64,000 nt of DNA from Selaginella moellendorffii (Eukaryota; Plantae; Lycopodiophyta). The stretch is taken from NCBI RefSeq assembly GCF_000143415.4, contig NW_003314347.1, positions 457,438 through 521,437 of the forward strand, in the 5' to 3' direction. Of this stretch, positions 49,435 to 61,195 are shown one piece after another (position 1 is the first letter of the stretch; every line of letters begins with the position of its first letter). Made by a program: the position numbers and the translations under genes. Below the pieces are notes generated by a model, which saw only the letters and a list, made by a program, of their open reading frames with translations, had not been told where the DNA came from and made no database searches.

Positions 49435-50104
49435 ATGGGGCTCAAGCTGCGAGCAGTGCCGATCACGGAGGTGAATTTCCGGCCTTTTGGCCAGCTCCTG
49501 GGAAAGATCGGCGACGGATGCGAGTATGGATCGGGAGACGCGCAGCTCAATCTCGCGAATGGGATTCCCAGGTAGTGCAGGCAAAATGTGGCCGAAATTT
49601 CCAGCGGCTCAGTAGTGATTGAGTGAGTGATGGTTCCTTTGCGCAGATTCTACCTCATGGAGCTCAAGAAAACGGGGCTGCGATTCAAAAGGATAACGCA
49701 TCACGCCAGGGTGACGCAGTGTCTGGGATCAGTGGGAGCTCATCCTTGGTACATGGCGGTCTCTCTTCCCAGCATTGTGGATCCTTCATCGCAACACGAG
49801 GGCGCTGTTCGATCCAACGCTGGTGGCCACTCCTATTTACCTCCCTCTCATGCAAGCGTCCAGGTTTTCAAGATAGATGGTCCTCGCTTCATCAAGCTAA
49901 ACGAAGGAACTTGGCACGCTGGTCCTCTCTTTGGCGATCGAGATTCGATGGTCTTCTACAACTTGGAGCTCAGTGACACCAACGTAAGATCATTCGATCG
50001 AGCTTGTATGACTTATGTTTTCTCCCTTTTTATGTTCTTTTTATTTGCAGGTTGTGGATCACACTACCCACGTGTTTGAGGACGACGTACTGATCGAAGA
50101 TTGA
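49435..50104 (+). CDS. Ureidoglycolate hydrolase-like, copy 3 (appears intact)
   Basis: MGLKLRAVPITEVNF...HVFEDDVLIED*. Confidence 0.85.
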
Positions 50105-51057
50105 GGTACAGAGCCTTGGCATTTCATGTGATATTCGAACGTGATTTTTGTGCTAGGTGATGGCGAGCTTAAACACTTTTTTGCGTGTCTAGAAAAGCAA
50201 ATGGTGGAAATGAAACAAGTTCTTTGCGAGCTAAGAATTTCATGTCCCTTGCCATCAAGTTGTCGAGGAGCTCCTTTTGTGCCTCGGGACATTGACTAGT
50301 AGTTACAAAAGGAGGCTGATGATCCTGGTCGGAAGAAAATTTACGAACGGGATGACTCCCACAGACCATGGCGTCAACTCCCTGGTATAAATCTTTCTTA
50401 ATTGAACTGTAACACTGTTAGAATTCTGTGCAGGGTGCTGATTATGGTCGAAAGCCGCCTGCTTTCTGTCGAACACGAGCGAGCGGATGTTGAGAGTATT
50501 CATGTAATTTGCCTCCTGCCAGTCCAGCTCGCTACTTCCGCCAAGAACTCGGGTTCCCTCAGTCAACAGCAAGATGGAAATGTTCCAGAAGTCTTTCTTC
50601 TTGATGTCGGTCACAAACTCGAGCGGTGGATGATATCCTTTGAAAGGTTTTGCTGCTCCTGAAACTTCTTGTATTTCACCTCTTCGTGGTTCTGATTCTA
50701 ATAATGTAACTTTCGTGACAGCGGAAAAGTACGAACTCTATGCTTGGAAAGTTTCAAAACAGCGTGGAGTGGTGACCACAATTTCAGAAAGGAGATCTTC
50801 TATGAAGTGAAGGAAGCTTTATTTTTGCATGTTGATTAATGTTTTCTTTCCTATTTAGAGTTCTGTTAGTGAATTACAATTGCGTAAGCGAAGTTGCTGC
50901 GAGTTCAGATCTCCTATGAAGTAAGCTTCTTCTTCTTTGGATGTTGATTGATTTTTTTCTTTCTTTTTTAGAGTTTACGTGAGCAAGTTGCTGAAACTGA
51001 ATTTGTATTTTTACAATCGAGGTATGATTTTTGGTTTTTTTTTTGGAAAAGGTGAAG

Positions 51058-53070
51058 CTACAGCCTATGTAAGTTCAATAGGGCGCTGTTGACGAGCTCC
51101 TCGAGGCTTCTGGAATGCTTGGTAAGTCCCACAAAACCCGGAAACGTTAAGAAGTTTTCTTCGTCTGAGGCAGTCGCTGACATTGCTTCCAGGGACGCCT
51201 CCACTTCACCGTCTTCTCTAAAACGTCGCAAGAACCTGGCGTCCTTTGCCACCAAGCTGTTCAGAAGCTCTACGCTATATCGCCGGATACGATTCAAGCT
51301 CCTAGAAGGTGCTGTCTGGGATAGAAGCTCTGTGATTTTTTCGCAAAGCTGTGATTGTTGCGATAGCACGCCTTGTTCAAAGTTACGTGTGTCGAGCCAG
51401 GGGATTATGGCTGCTGCCAAACCGATGGCTGCCTGCTGTTCCTTGTCCGTGGATTCCAGCACCATCTGGATGATGCGAGATATGGCTGCTCCAAGCTCCA
51501 ACTTTTCTTCGTCGTTAAGGTCACCGCACAAGCTTCGCAAAATTGTGGCTGCATGGACTCCAACTGGCTTGGTGAGCGTGTTGATCAAGTTCTTGAGGGT
51601 CTTGCTAACGCCACCTTTTCTGTAGCTTTTGTGCATGAGGAGCCTCGAGCAATTGTTTGGACACTGGAGAACGAGCACAATTATGGCTTCCCCGGCTTTC
51701 ATGGCAATGGTCAAGTGGTCGCTGTTCGGTGCGGTTTCTCTCGCAAATATGGCCATCAAGCTTTGGATAACTCCTCCAGTCGCGCCAATGCAATCTCTAA
51801 GCTCGTCCTCGGTTGCTAGCAGCTTGATCACGTCTACTGCCAGGTTTTGTAGCTCCAAATCTTCGAGATTGCATATCCTTTGAAAACTTCTTACTGCTGG
51901 CACTACCGACACTATCTTCTTTCGCAGTGACCGTCCAGAATCTCCTCCCACGCGAGCCAATGTCCTCAAAAGCTCGAGTGATCGACGGAATACTTCTTTC
52001 GACGTTCGTACTTCGTCTTGGATAAATTCAACCAGGATGGAGATAAGTCCGCTGGTGTGACCGATTCGCACGCATGTCCTGTAATCCACGGCTAGCCTGT
52101 TGAGGACTTCTAGCACTTCCTCCTGTCTTTCGGGTAAAAGAGCAGTGAGGGCCTCCAGGGATCCAGGGATAGCGGAAATCCTGAAGCAGTTATGGCTGTG
52201 ACGAACCAGGTGCTTGATTACTATGGTTGCAGCTTTCCTGATTTCGGCCTCACTAGGATCCTTCCAGGTGATCATCTCTAAGAGTCTCTCCACAACTCCG
52301 GGCGTGGTACCAATCCTCCGTTGCGTTTCTTCCATTGAATCTCCTTTTGAGACAAGAGCTGACAGTATTTTGACGCTACCGAGCTGCTCTTCCCTTATGC
52401 TTGACTGCAGCTTCTCGACGGTGAAATCGATAAGGTCCATTCCCAGGCCATCAAACACGCTTCCGTTCAGCGATCGTGAGTACAATGTGTACCAGTACTG
52501 CTTCATGGTTTCAATGTCGTCTTGATCAAGCTCACACGTTCGAGTGACTACTTCCAGCAACCTCTGGTAACGAAGCTTGAATTCCCAATATGCTCTCTCC
52601 AGGAGGAATAGCGACGTTTCTGCCAGCATCATCGCGTAAAACACAGTAAGTGCTTGCTCAGTGTTGTTTCCTTGGGCATTGAAGCCGTGCTCGGCAAGTC
52701 GATATACTGAGAAACATGCGGTGACTGTTGCAGAAGCAAGCTGGAGGAAGTACATGAAAAGGCTGATGATCCTGGTGGGGAGGAACTTTACATACGCGCT
52801 TCCCACGCACCAAATTCTTCTGGCACCGAATCCCTGGTATAAATCTTTCTTTACTGAAGGCTTGGGAGTGGAAGGCTGCTGCTCGACTTCCGGATGTGGG
52901 GAAAAAACCGACCACAACTCACTGGTATATGGGGTTCTAGTGCTTGAAGGTGGAGAAGTTGGAGAAGCGAGAGCAGAGCCGGAAGAAGGAACTTGAATGG
53001 TTACCTCGGTACTCTTGGGGGCACCGGCAGACTGTGCCCCTTGAAACTTTCTGCTGTTCCACGAATCCAT
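51058..53070 (-). CDS. ARM-repeat protein, copy 3, with an in-frame deletion of the first TM block (670 aa)
   Basis: PKPS joined to VKKDLY; about 140 aa missing relative to copy 2; frame preserved. Confidence 0.7.
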   Translation of the reverse strand: MDSWNSRKFQGAQSAGAPKSTEVTIQVPSSGSALASPTSPPSSTRTPYTSELWSVFSPHPEVEQQPSTPKPSVKKDLYQGFGARRIWCVGSAYVKFLPTRIISLFMYFLQLASATVTACFSVYRLAEHGFNAQGNNTEQALTVFYAMMLAETSLFLLERAYWEFKLRYQRLLEVVTRTCELDQDDIETMKQYWYTLYSRSLNGSVFDGLGMDLIDFTVEKLQSSIREEQLGSVKILSALVSKGDSMEETQRRIGTTPGVVERLLEMITWKDPSEAEIRKAATIVIKHLVRHSHNCFRISAIPGSLEALTALLPERQEEVLEVLNRLAVDYRTCVRIGHTSGLISILVEFIQDEVRTSKEVFRRSLELLRTLARVGGDSGRSLRKKIVSVVPAVRSFQRICNLEDLELQNLAVDVIKLLATEDELRDCIGATGGVIQSLMAIFARETAPNSDHLTIAMKAGEAIIVLVLQCPNNCSRLLMHKSYRKGGVSKTLKNLINTLTKPVGVHAATILRSLCGDLNDEEKLELGAAISRIIQMVLESTDKEQQAAIGLAAAIIPWLDTRNFEQGVLSQQSQLCEKITELLSQTAPSRSLNRIRRYSVELLNSLVAKDARFLRRFREDGEVEASLEAMSATASDEENFLTFPGFVGLTKHSRSLEELVNSALLNLHRL

Positions 53071-53406
53071 GTTTAGTGTTCAAGGAGTTCTGGGCATTCT
53101 GGGCATTCTGGTGACCGTGGTATTGACGACTTCAAAGCCGCAAGTAAGCTACTACTTTCGTTCTATGATAGCACGAGCCTTCCGAGCAGTTCAAGCTACT
53201 CATCACGAGCAAATCTATGATAGCACGAGCCTTCTGACCACTTCAAGCGACTCGTCACGAGCGAATCAATAAAAAACGAGTGCTTTGTTTGACAGTGCTG
53301 CAAGTTGCGACAAAGACACTGCAAACATCAAGCTTGAGCGGAGTATATAAGGGAATAGGGACGTTGTAACTAGCTACGACGCAAACATGGCTTGTCTAGA
53401 GGGAAT

Positions 53407-53616
53407 CTAGCAACCACGACAAAAAATCTTAGAGAATGTAGAGACAAGGAGTGGAATGAGATTTGGGCGGATCAAACCTGCGGCCATTGGAAGCGTTCTC
53501 CAAGACCCTTCGCCGTGCTCGTTGACATACTGCGTGAGGAGCGTGTCTTCTTCACGAGTCCATGGACCCCTGTTGAGACCGATTTTCTCGCAGCAAGGAG
53601 ATCGACCCATCTGCAT
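53407..53616 (-). pseudogene. Orphan MYB exon 1 copy
   Basis: As 24698-24907. Confidence 0.85.
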
Positions 53617-54714
53617 GGCACCACCAACAAGGATAAAGAAGAACAGAAACTATAAAATGCCTGTGGAAACTTTGGGAAGAACACAGGATGAAGTTCGACT
53701 GGGACGAGAAGAATACGCTGGGTGTTATATACGAGATGTTTGTTTTAAATCAATGTTTTCCGCTCTGCTGGTCTCTTGCAAATGTTCCTAGCTATGAGAT
53801 AGATGCTTCAGACACACAAGGGACCAGGACCAAGAAAAAATATTCATGAGAATGAATCTTTTGACCCCTCAACGAAAGGAAGCTAGGGACTCGTATAGAA
53901 ATCTAAAAAACCTGTGCCCTGCTTGTCCCGCCGTGCAAACATCACTCCCTTTCTCGCTCGTTAAATCGCGGTAGGATCTAGAACATGACCACTATACTGT
54001 TGATGACTATCGCTACAGTAGGATGGACTTTGTGGTATAGCTTGGGCTGGTGCTCCACAGAAGCAGCACGAACTACACAGGAGGAAGAAAGAAAAAGTAG
54101 AGAAGAAAACGAAGAAGAATCAATGAAGAAGACGAAGAAAGGAGCTAATTACTGCTGTCCGTGAAGATGAGTGGAGAGAGCAACTTCAAAGAGCTAAAAC
54201 TTTCACACGACAAACGGTCAGACGGGAAACTGGAGCGATCTGGCACTAGTGCTGCCATTCCAGATCGATCAATGTTGTTTGACAACAATGATCTGACACA
54301 CACAAGACTGTTTTCTTTGTCTCGGTAGCGCCCTTTCTACTGTTGCACAACAAACTATTGCACAGCTGTGGAAGGGAATAATAGTATATAGAAACCTGTT
54401 GTATCTCGTACTCTTGCTCTATAAATTCTCCATAAACTTAAAGCTTCTTCTTCCAAAGTCGGCTTCAAACACACAGCATGGCCATCTTTTAGTGTGTACT
54501 GTGCAGAACTCTCCCTTTCAACCAGGTCATATAATTTGCCACTTACTAGGCTTAGGTGGTGGGAAAGAAAAAACTGGAGTATTCCTTCTCACGTAGTGAT
54601 GTTTCTATCTTATACTTAAGAACCTTGTGTTGGCTCGAGGAGTAGTACTATGAAGTGGTGTAATGAACGCAAAGCTTGGACAGGGATTGCTACTGAACAC
54701 TATTGCCACTGCCA

Positions 54715-57224
54715 CAAGCCTCAAATTTGCAGGGCAAACTTTCTTTTCCTTCTTGTGAATATTAGAATTGACTTTTATTGTGCAAGATAAAAATTAATTT
54801 ATACCTCCCAATATATAGATATTTATATATAAATTTTTTTTTAATACAACTAATTTAATCACACAAAATCTTTGTTTCCTTTTTTTGATGACATGCATCA
54901 TAAACATGCCCCTAATTGATCTTGTTGTAGTCATTATCACCATTTAAATAGATAAACATCAAATCATCTAAAGTTTCAATATTTAAAGAGCATCTTGAAG
55001 TAGTTTTTAACTGATTTTGATAAGAAAATCCACCTTTAGCATAAGTAGTGCTCACATGTATCAAAGAGATAATTTTCCATAGTTCCATCAAACTAAAACA
55101 TATATCTATTATGGAAATATCATCTTTGCATATTTGCCAAGCTACTAGCTCATTTTTTGTTAACAAATTACTTTGCATAATAGTTACAAACTTTGTGAAT
55201 TCTCCTTTACATTTTTCCCCATCAACAAAAGCACCATACTAGTTCAGTAAAATATTTAGCCATTTGTAAGAGTTGTTATCCAATTTTTCCTTATCATTTG
55301 AGTAATTTTTTGGGCTGAACAATTTTGTAGCATTGAATATGCCTATATCCTTTCCCATTCTAGCCAACATATCAATGTGTAATTTCTGAATACATTCCTT
55401 GTTTAAATTTAAGCAAGAGCTCAAGCTCTCATCTCTTTTGCTCTCTGTAATAGGAGTATAATCTAAGACATGTTTTTGTTATTCCCCTTTAACATTTATA
55501 AACTTGATAAATTCATCTTTAGTAGCCTCCACAAAATTACGCAAGTGTTTCACACTAAGAGTCTCTTTCAGAAATTTTCTTTAGATACTTTTCAAAGTAC
55601 CATCTAAATACCTAGCAATGTTAGCAATATCCACAATTTCAACTTTAAAAGATTTTGTTCAAACTATTCAATTCCAGAAGTATATTAGGCAGCATATGAA
55701 TAGATGATTAATCTCTTTAAGACTTCCCTATGAAATAACCAACGTACATTGTGAATTTGAAGCATACCTAATGTAAATATATTTATAGCATCTTCTAGAG
55801 GCTTAAAAGCTATGACTCTTGTTCTAAAAGTATGCAACCATTTATAAATTTGATTGCATAGCTTTTGAACAATTATAAATTTAAGAAATGCATGCACAAC
55901 TTCAATAGCCACTAAACTTTATCTATGCACTAAGCAATGCATTCCAAACAAATGTGGAATGTTATGTTTCAATCTTGTCACTAGACCAAATTGTTCTTCA
56001 ACTATAATAAAAACTCTATCAGTTCCAATAGCAACACATTTTCCCTTTTTAAAGTTCATTTCTTCCAAAACCTTTTTGATGGCTTCATATTTATTTACAT
56101 CCTTTAATTACCATCAATTTCAAAAAGCAAGTTTTATTCAGACTTTTTTCTTTTTTTTGCATATGGAAAGAGATGTATATGATAAGATGAGCTTCCAAAC
56201 TTCTATCAATATTGTTATTCACTATAATAGAAAATTAAGGACTAATTTGAATATCTTGGCAAACATCTTTCCATCACACATCTTTTATGCATTTTAAAAA
56301 CTTTTTCTCACTTATAGCATTTACACAAGTCCTATACTTTATGGTGATTGGCATATAGGGCATTTCTATAAACCTATTAAATTCACACAAAGATTTATAG
56401 CTTTGTAAAAGTAATCCCTTATTCACAATGAAGTACATGAGGAAATCAATTTATTTTTGTGTTGATCTTTTTAAGGAGTAATATATTTAAGGATAGATAA
56501 CCCTTTCTTCTTCTTTACTTCCCAAATAACCATAGCTAGTTGATGTTGTTTGGAATTGTTATGCTATTTTAAAATTGGTTTTTAAAAAGTCAAAGAACCA
56601 TCCTTACCAAAAAAGTTATCCTTTTTAGCATATACATATATTATTCTTTAATTGCCTTCAACATTTATCACAAGATACACCCAAGGAAAACTAAGTTTCC
56701 ACTTAATTTTGAATGCTTAATTCTTTTTCCTCTTTTTATTGGTTGTAATATTAGTTTCTTATTTTGTTGTTGAAAGATGTTCATCCTCTAATCTAATTTT
56801 AAATCTTTCACCAAAAAGGGAATCATAAAGCTCTTGCCTTGCAATATTTTGTTAATCTATATTTCTTTTCTCCCTCTCATAGGCAATAGCAAAAAATGCT
56901 TCAATCCTATGTTGTTGCTGTCACTATCGCTGCTTTCCCATTTGAATTCAATGAAGTTGACATGTATTAGGTCTAGGGCAGGTTGTTAAACACTAGGATA
57001 TTTTTATAATATTTTTAATAATATTTGATAGAATATTATCTGTACTGCAATGTACGAATTTTCTTTGCCCAGCAAGTGGCAACACTAAAATATTTCTATA
57101 CTTCATTAGTGCAAGGTGAAAATTGAACATTTTTTTCAAGTAGCAACGTAAATTAGAAATCAGTCTTCAAATGCAAAGTAAACATGCCTTTGCAGGGCTT
57201 TGCAAGGTGCAAAATTGAGGCCTA
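54715..57224 (-). mobile_element. hAT DNA transposon copy
   Basis: Same TIRs; TSD cactgcca / cattgtca. Confidence 0.88.
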
Positions 57225-57667
57225 CATTGTCATCCCTAAATGTGATTTGGGTGCCACAGTTCTAAAGAGACTGTCGCTATAGGAGAGCTTACGAGGATGT
57301 TGAGATATTGCTGTAAGTTCCTTCATGCACTTCACAGTGATCGTAAATGCCTTGTGATGGCATCCTAAACTTGTACCATGGCATCTGCATTGCCAGTTCA
57401 AAGATTAAATAGCCCACAACCAAGAACAAAGTGAAGAAAATGAGAAAAAATCTAAGAATGTTGCTGTCCCTTAAGTTTCTCTTGCCATAAATTCGCTGCT
57501 ACAATAGCTTATATCCTTTCTACGCTTTAAGTTTCAGTGCCCGTAGCGGATAGATGTCGTTTGGACACTGTTGACCACAATTGACTATCGTTGACCAATG
57601 GACCGTTAACTTTGCTGACTATGCTGGGTTCGATTCCTGCGCTGGGCGATATTGCCAGGGCTAGGGT

Positions 57668-58331
57668 CTCAAGCTGCGAGCAGTGCCGATCACGGAGGTG
57701 AATTTCCGGCCTTTTGGCCAGCTCCTGGGAAAGATCGGCGACGGATGCGAGTATGGATCGGGAGACGCGCAGCTCAATCTCGCGAATGGGATTCCCAGGT
57801 AGTGCAGGCAAAATGTGGCCGAAATTTCCAGTGGCTCGATAGTGATTGAGTGAGTGATGGTTCTTTTGCGCAGATTCTACCTCATGGAGCTCAAGAAAAC
57901 GGGGCTGCGATTCAAAAGGATAACGCATCACGCCAGGGTCACGCAGTGTCTGGGATCAGTGGGAGCTCATCCTTGGTACATGGCGGTCTCTCCTCCCAGC
58001 ATTGTGGATCCTTCATCGCAACACGAGGGCGCTGTTCGATCCAACGCTGGTGGCCACTCCTATTTACCTCCCTCTCATGCAAGCGTCCAGGTTTTCAAGA
58101 TAGATGGTCCTCGCTTCATCAAGCTAAACGAAGGAACTTGGCACGCTGGTCCTCTCTTTGGTGATCGAGATTCGATGGTCTTCTACAACTTGGAGCTCAG
58201 TGACACCAACGTAAGATCATTCGATCGAGCTTGTATGACTTATGTTTTCTCCCTTTTTATGTTCTTTTTATTTGCAGGTTGTGGATCACACTACCCACGT
58301 GTTTGAGGACGACGTACTGATCGAAGATTGA
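57668..58331 (+). pseudogene. Ureidoglycolate hydrolase-like, copy 4 (start codon deleted)
   Basis: ctagggt^ctcaag: a 12-nt deletion removes the ATG, and there is an in-frame TAG just upstream. Confidence 0.75.
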
Positions 58332-59297
58332 GGTACAGAGCCTTGGCATTTCATGTGATATTCGAACGTGATTTTTGTGCTAGGTGATGGCGAGCTTAAA
58401 CACTTTTTTGCGTGTCTAGAAAAGCAAATGGTGGAAATGAAACAAGTTCTTTGCGAGCTAAGAATTTCATGTCCCTTGCCATCAAGTTGTCGAGGAGCTC
58501 CTTTTGTGCCTCGGGACATTGACTAGTAGTTACAAAAGGAGGCTGATGATCCTGGTCGGAAGAAAATTTACGAACGGGATGACTCCCACAGACCATGGCG
58601 TCAACTCCCTGGTATAAATCTTTCTTAATTGAACTGTAACACTGTTAGAATTCTGTGCAGGGTGCTGATTATGGTCGAAAGCCGCCTGCTTTCTGTCGAA
58701 CACGAGCGAGCGGATGTTGAGAGTATTCATGTAATTTGCCTCCTGCCAGTCCAGCTCGCTACTTCCGCCAAGAACTCGGGTTCCCTCAGTCAACAGCAAG
58801 ATGGAAATGTTCCAGAAGTCTTTCTTCTTGATGTCGGTCACAAACTCGAGCGGTGGATGATATCCTTTGAAAGGTTTTGCTGCTCCTGAAACTTCTTGTA
58901 TTTCACCTCTTCGTGGTTCTGATTCTAATAATGTAACTTTCGTGACAGCGGAAAAGTACGAACTCTATGCTTGGAAAGTTTCAAAACAGCGTAGTGGTGA
59001 CCACAATTTCAGAAAGGAGATCTTCTATGAAGTAAAGGAAGCTTTATTTTTCATGTTGATTCATGTTTTCTTTCCTATTTAGCGTTCTGTTAGTGAATTA
59101 CAATTGCGTAAGCGAAGTTGCTGCGAGTTCGGATCTCCTATGAAGTAAGCTTCTTCTTCTTTGGATGTTGATTGATTTTTTTCTTTCTTTTTTTAGAGTT
59201 TACGTGAGCAAGTTGCTGAAACTGAATTTGTATTTTCTTCTTTACAGCATGACACATTCGAGGTATGATTTTTGGTTTTTTTTTGGAAAAGGTGAAG

Positions 59298-60557
59298 CTA
59301 CAGCCTATGTAAGTTCAATAGGGCGCTGTTGACGAGCTCCTCGAGGCTTCTGGAATGCTTGGTAAGTCCCACAAAACCCGAAAACGTTAAGAAGTTTTCT
59401 TCGTCTGAGGCAGTCGCTGACATTGCTTCCAGGGACGTCTCCATTTCACCGTCTTCTCTAAAACGTCGCAAGAACCTGGCGTCCTTTGCCATCAAGCTGT
59501 TCAGAAGCTCTACGCTATATCGCCGGATACGATTCAAGCTCCTAGAAGGTGCTGTCTGGGATAGAAGCTCTGTGATTTTTTCGCAAAGCCGTTGTTCAAA
59601 GTTACGTGTGTCGAGCCAGGGGATTATGGCTGCTGCCAAACCGATGGCTGCCTGCTGTTCCTTGTCTGTGGATTCCAGCACCATCTGGATGATGGGAGAT
59701 ATGGCTGCTCCAAGCTCCAACTTTTCTTCGTCGTTAAGCTCACCGCACAAGCTTCGCAAAATTGTGGCTGCATGGACTCCAATTGGCTTGGTGAGCATGT
59801 TGATCAAGCTCTTGAGGGTCTTGCTAACGCCACCTTGGCTGTAGCTTTTGCGCCTGAGGAGCCTCGAGCAATTGTTGGGACACTGGAGGACGAGCAAAAA
59901 TATGGCTTCCCCGGCTCTCATGGCGATGCTCAACTGGTGGCTGTTCGGTGCGGTTTCTCTCGCAAATATGGCCATCAAGCTTTGGATAACTCCTCCAGTT
60001 GCACCAATGCAATCTCTAAGCTCGTCCTCGGTTGCTAACAGCTTGATCACGTCTACTGCCAGGTCCTGTAGCTCCAAATCTTCGAGATTGCATATCCTTT
60101 GAAGACTTCTTACTGCTGACACTACCGACACTATCTTCTTTCGCAGAGACCGTCCAGAATCTCCTCCCGCGCCAGCCAATGTCCTCAAAAGCTCGAGTGA
60201 TCGACGGAATACTTTTCTCGACGTTCGTACTTCGAGGAAGTTCCAGTCTTCGTCTTGGATAAACGCAACCAGGATGGAGATAAGTCCGCTGGTGTTACCG
60301 ATTCGCACGCATGTCCTGTGGTCCACGGCTAGCCTGTTGAGGATAGCGAGTCCGTATCTCTGTTCTTCTGGCACTATCTTCTCTCCTGCGGTTAAAAGGG
60401 AAATGATGGCTTCCAGGGATCCAGGGATAGCGGAAATCCTGAAGCAGTTACTCCGGTGACGAAGCAGGTACTTGATTACTATCGTTGCAGCTTTCCTGAT
60501 TTCGGCCTCACTAAGATCCTTCCAGGTGATCATCTCTAAGAGTCTCTCCACAACTCC
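59298..60557 (-). pseudogene. ARM gene copy 4, 3' half only; most divergent copy
   Basis: Begins at GVVERLLEMITW; 5' half and MYB exon 1 removed by a deletion at about 60557. Confidence 0.75.
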
Positions 60558-61195
60558 ACAACTACACAGGAGGAAGAAAGAAAAGGTAGAGAAGAAAGTG
60601 AAGAAGAATCAATGAAGAAGACGAAGAAAGGAGCTAATTACTTCTGTCCGTGAAGATGAGTGGAGAGAGCAACTTCAAAGAGCTAAAACTTTCACATGAC
60701 AAACGGTCAGACGAGAAACTGGAGCACTAGTGCTGCGATTCCAGATTGATCAATGTTGTTTGACAACAATGATCTGACACACACAAGACTGTTTTCTTCG
60801 TCTCGGTAGCGCCCTTTCTACTGTTGCACAACAAACTATTGCACAGCCGTGGAAGGGAATAATAGTATATAGAAACCTGTTGTATCTCGTACTCTTGCTC
60901 TATAAATTCTCCATAAACTTAAAGCTTCTTCTTCCAGGCCTAGAGAAAAGTCGGCTTCAAACACACGGCATGGCCATCTTTTTGTGTGTACTGTGCAGAA
61001 CTCTCCCTTTCAACCAGGTCTTATAGTTTGCCACTTACTAAGCTTAGGTGGTGGGAAAGAAAAAACTGGAGTAGTGATGTTTCTATCTTATACTTAAGAA
61101 CCTTGTGTTGGCTCGAGGAGTAGTACTACGAAGTGGTGTAACAAACGCAAAGCTTGGACAGGGCAGATTGCTACTGAACACTATTGCCATTGCCA

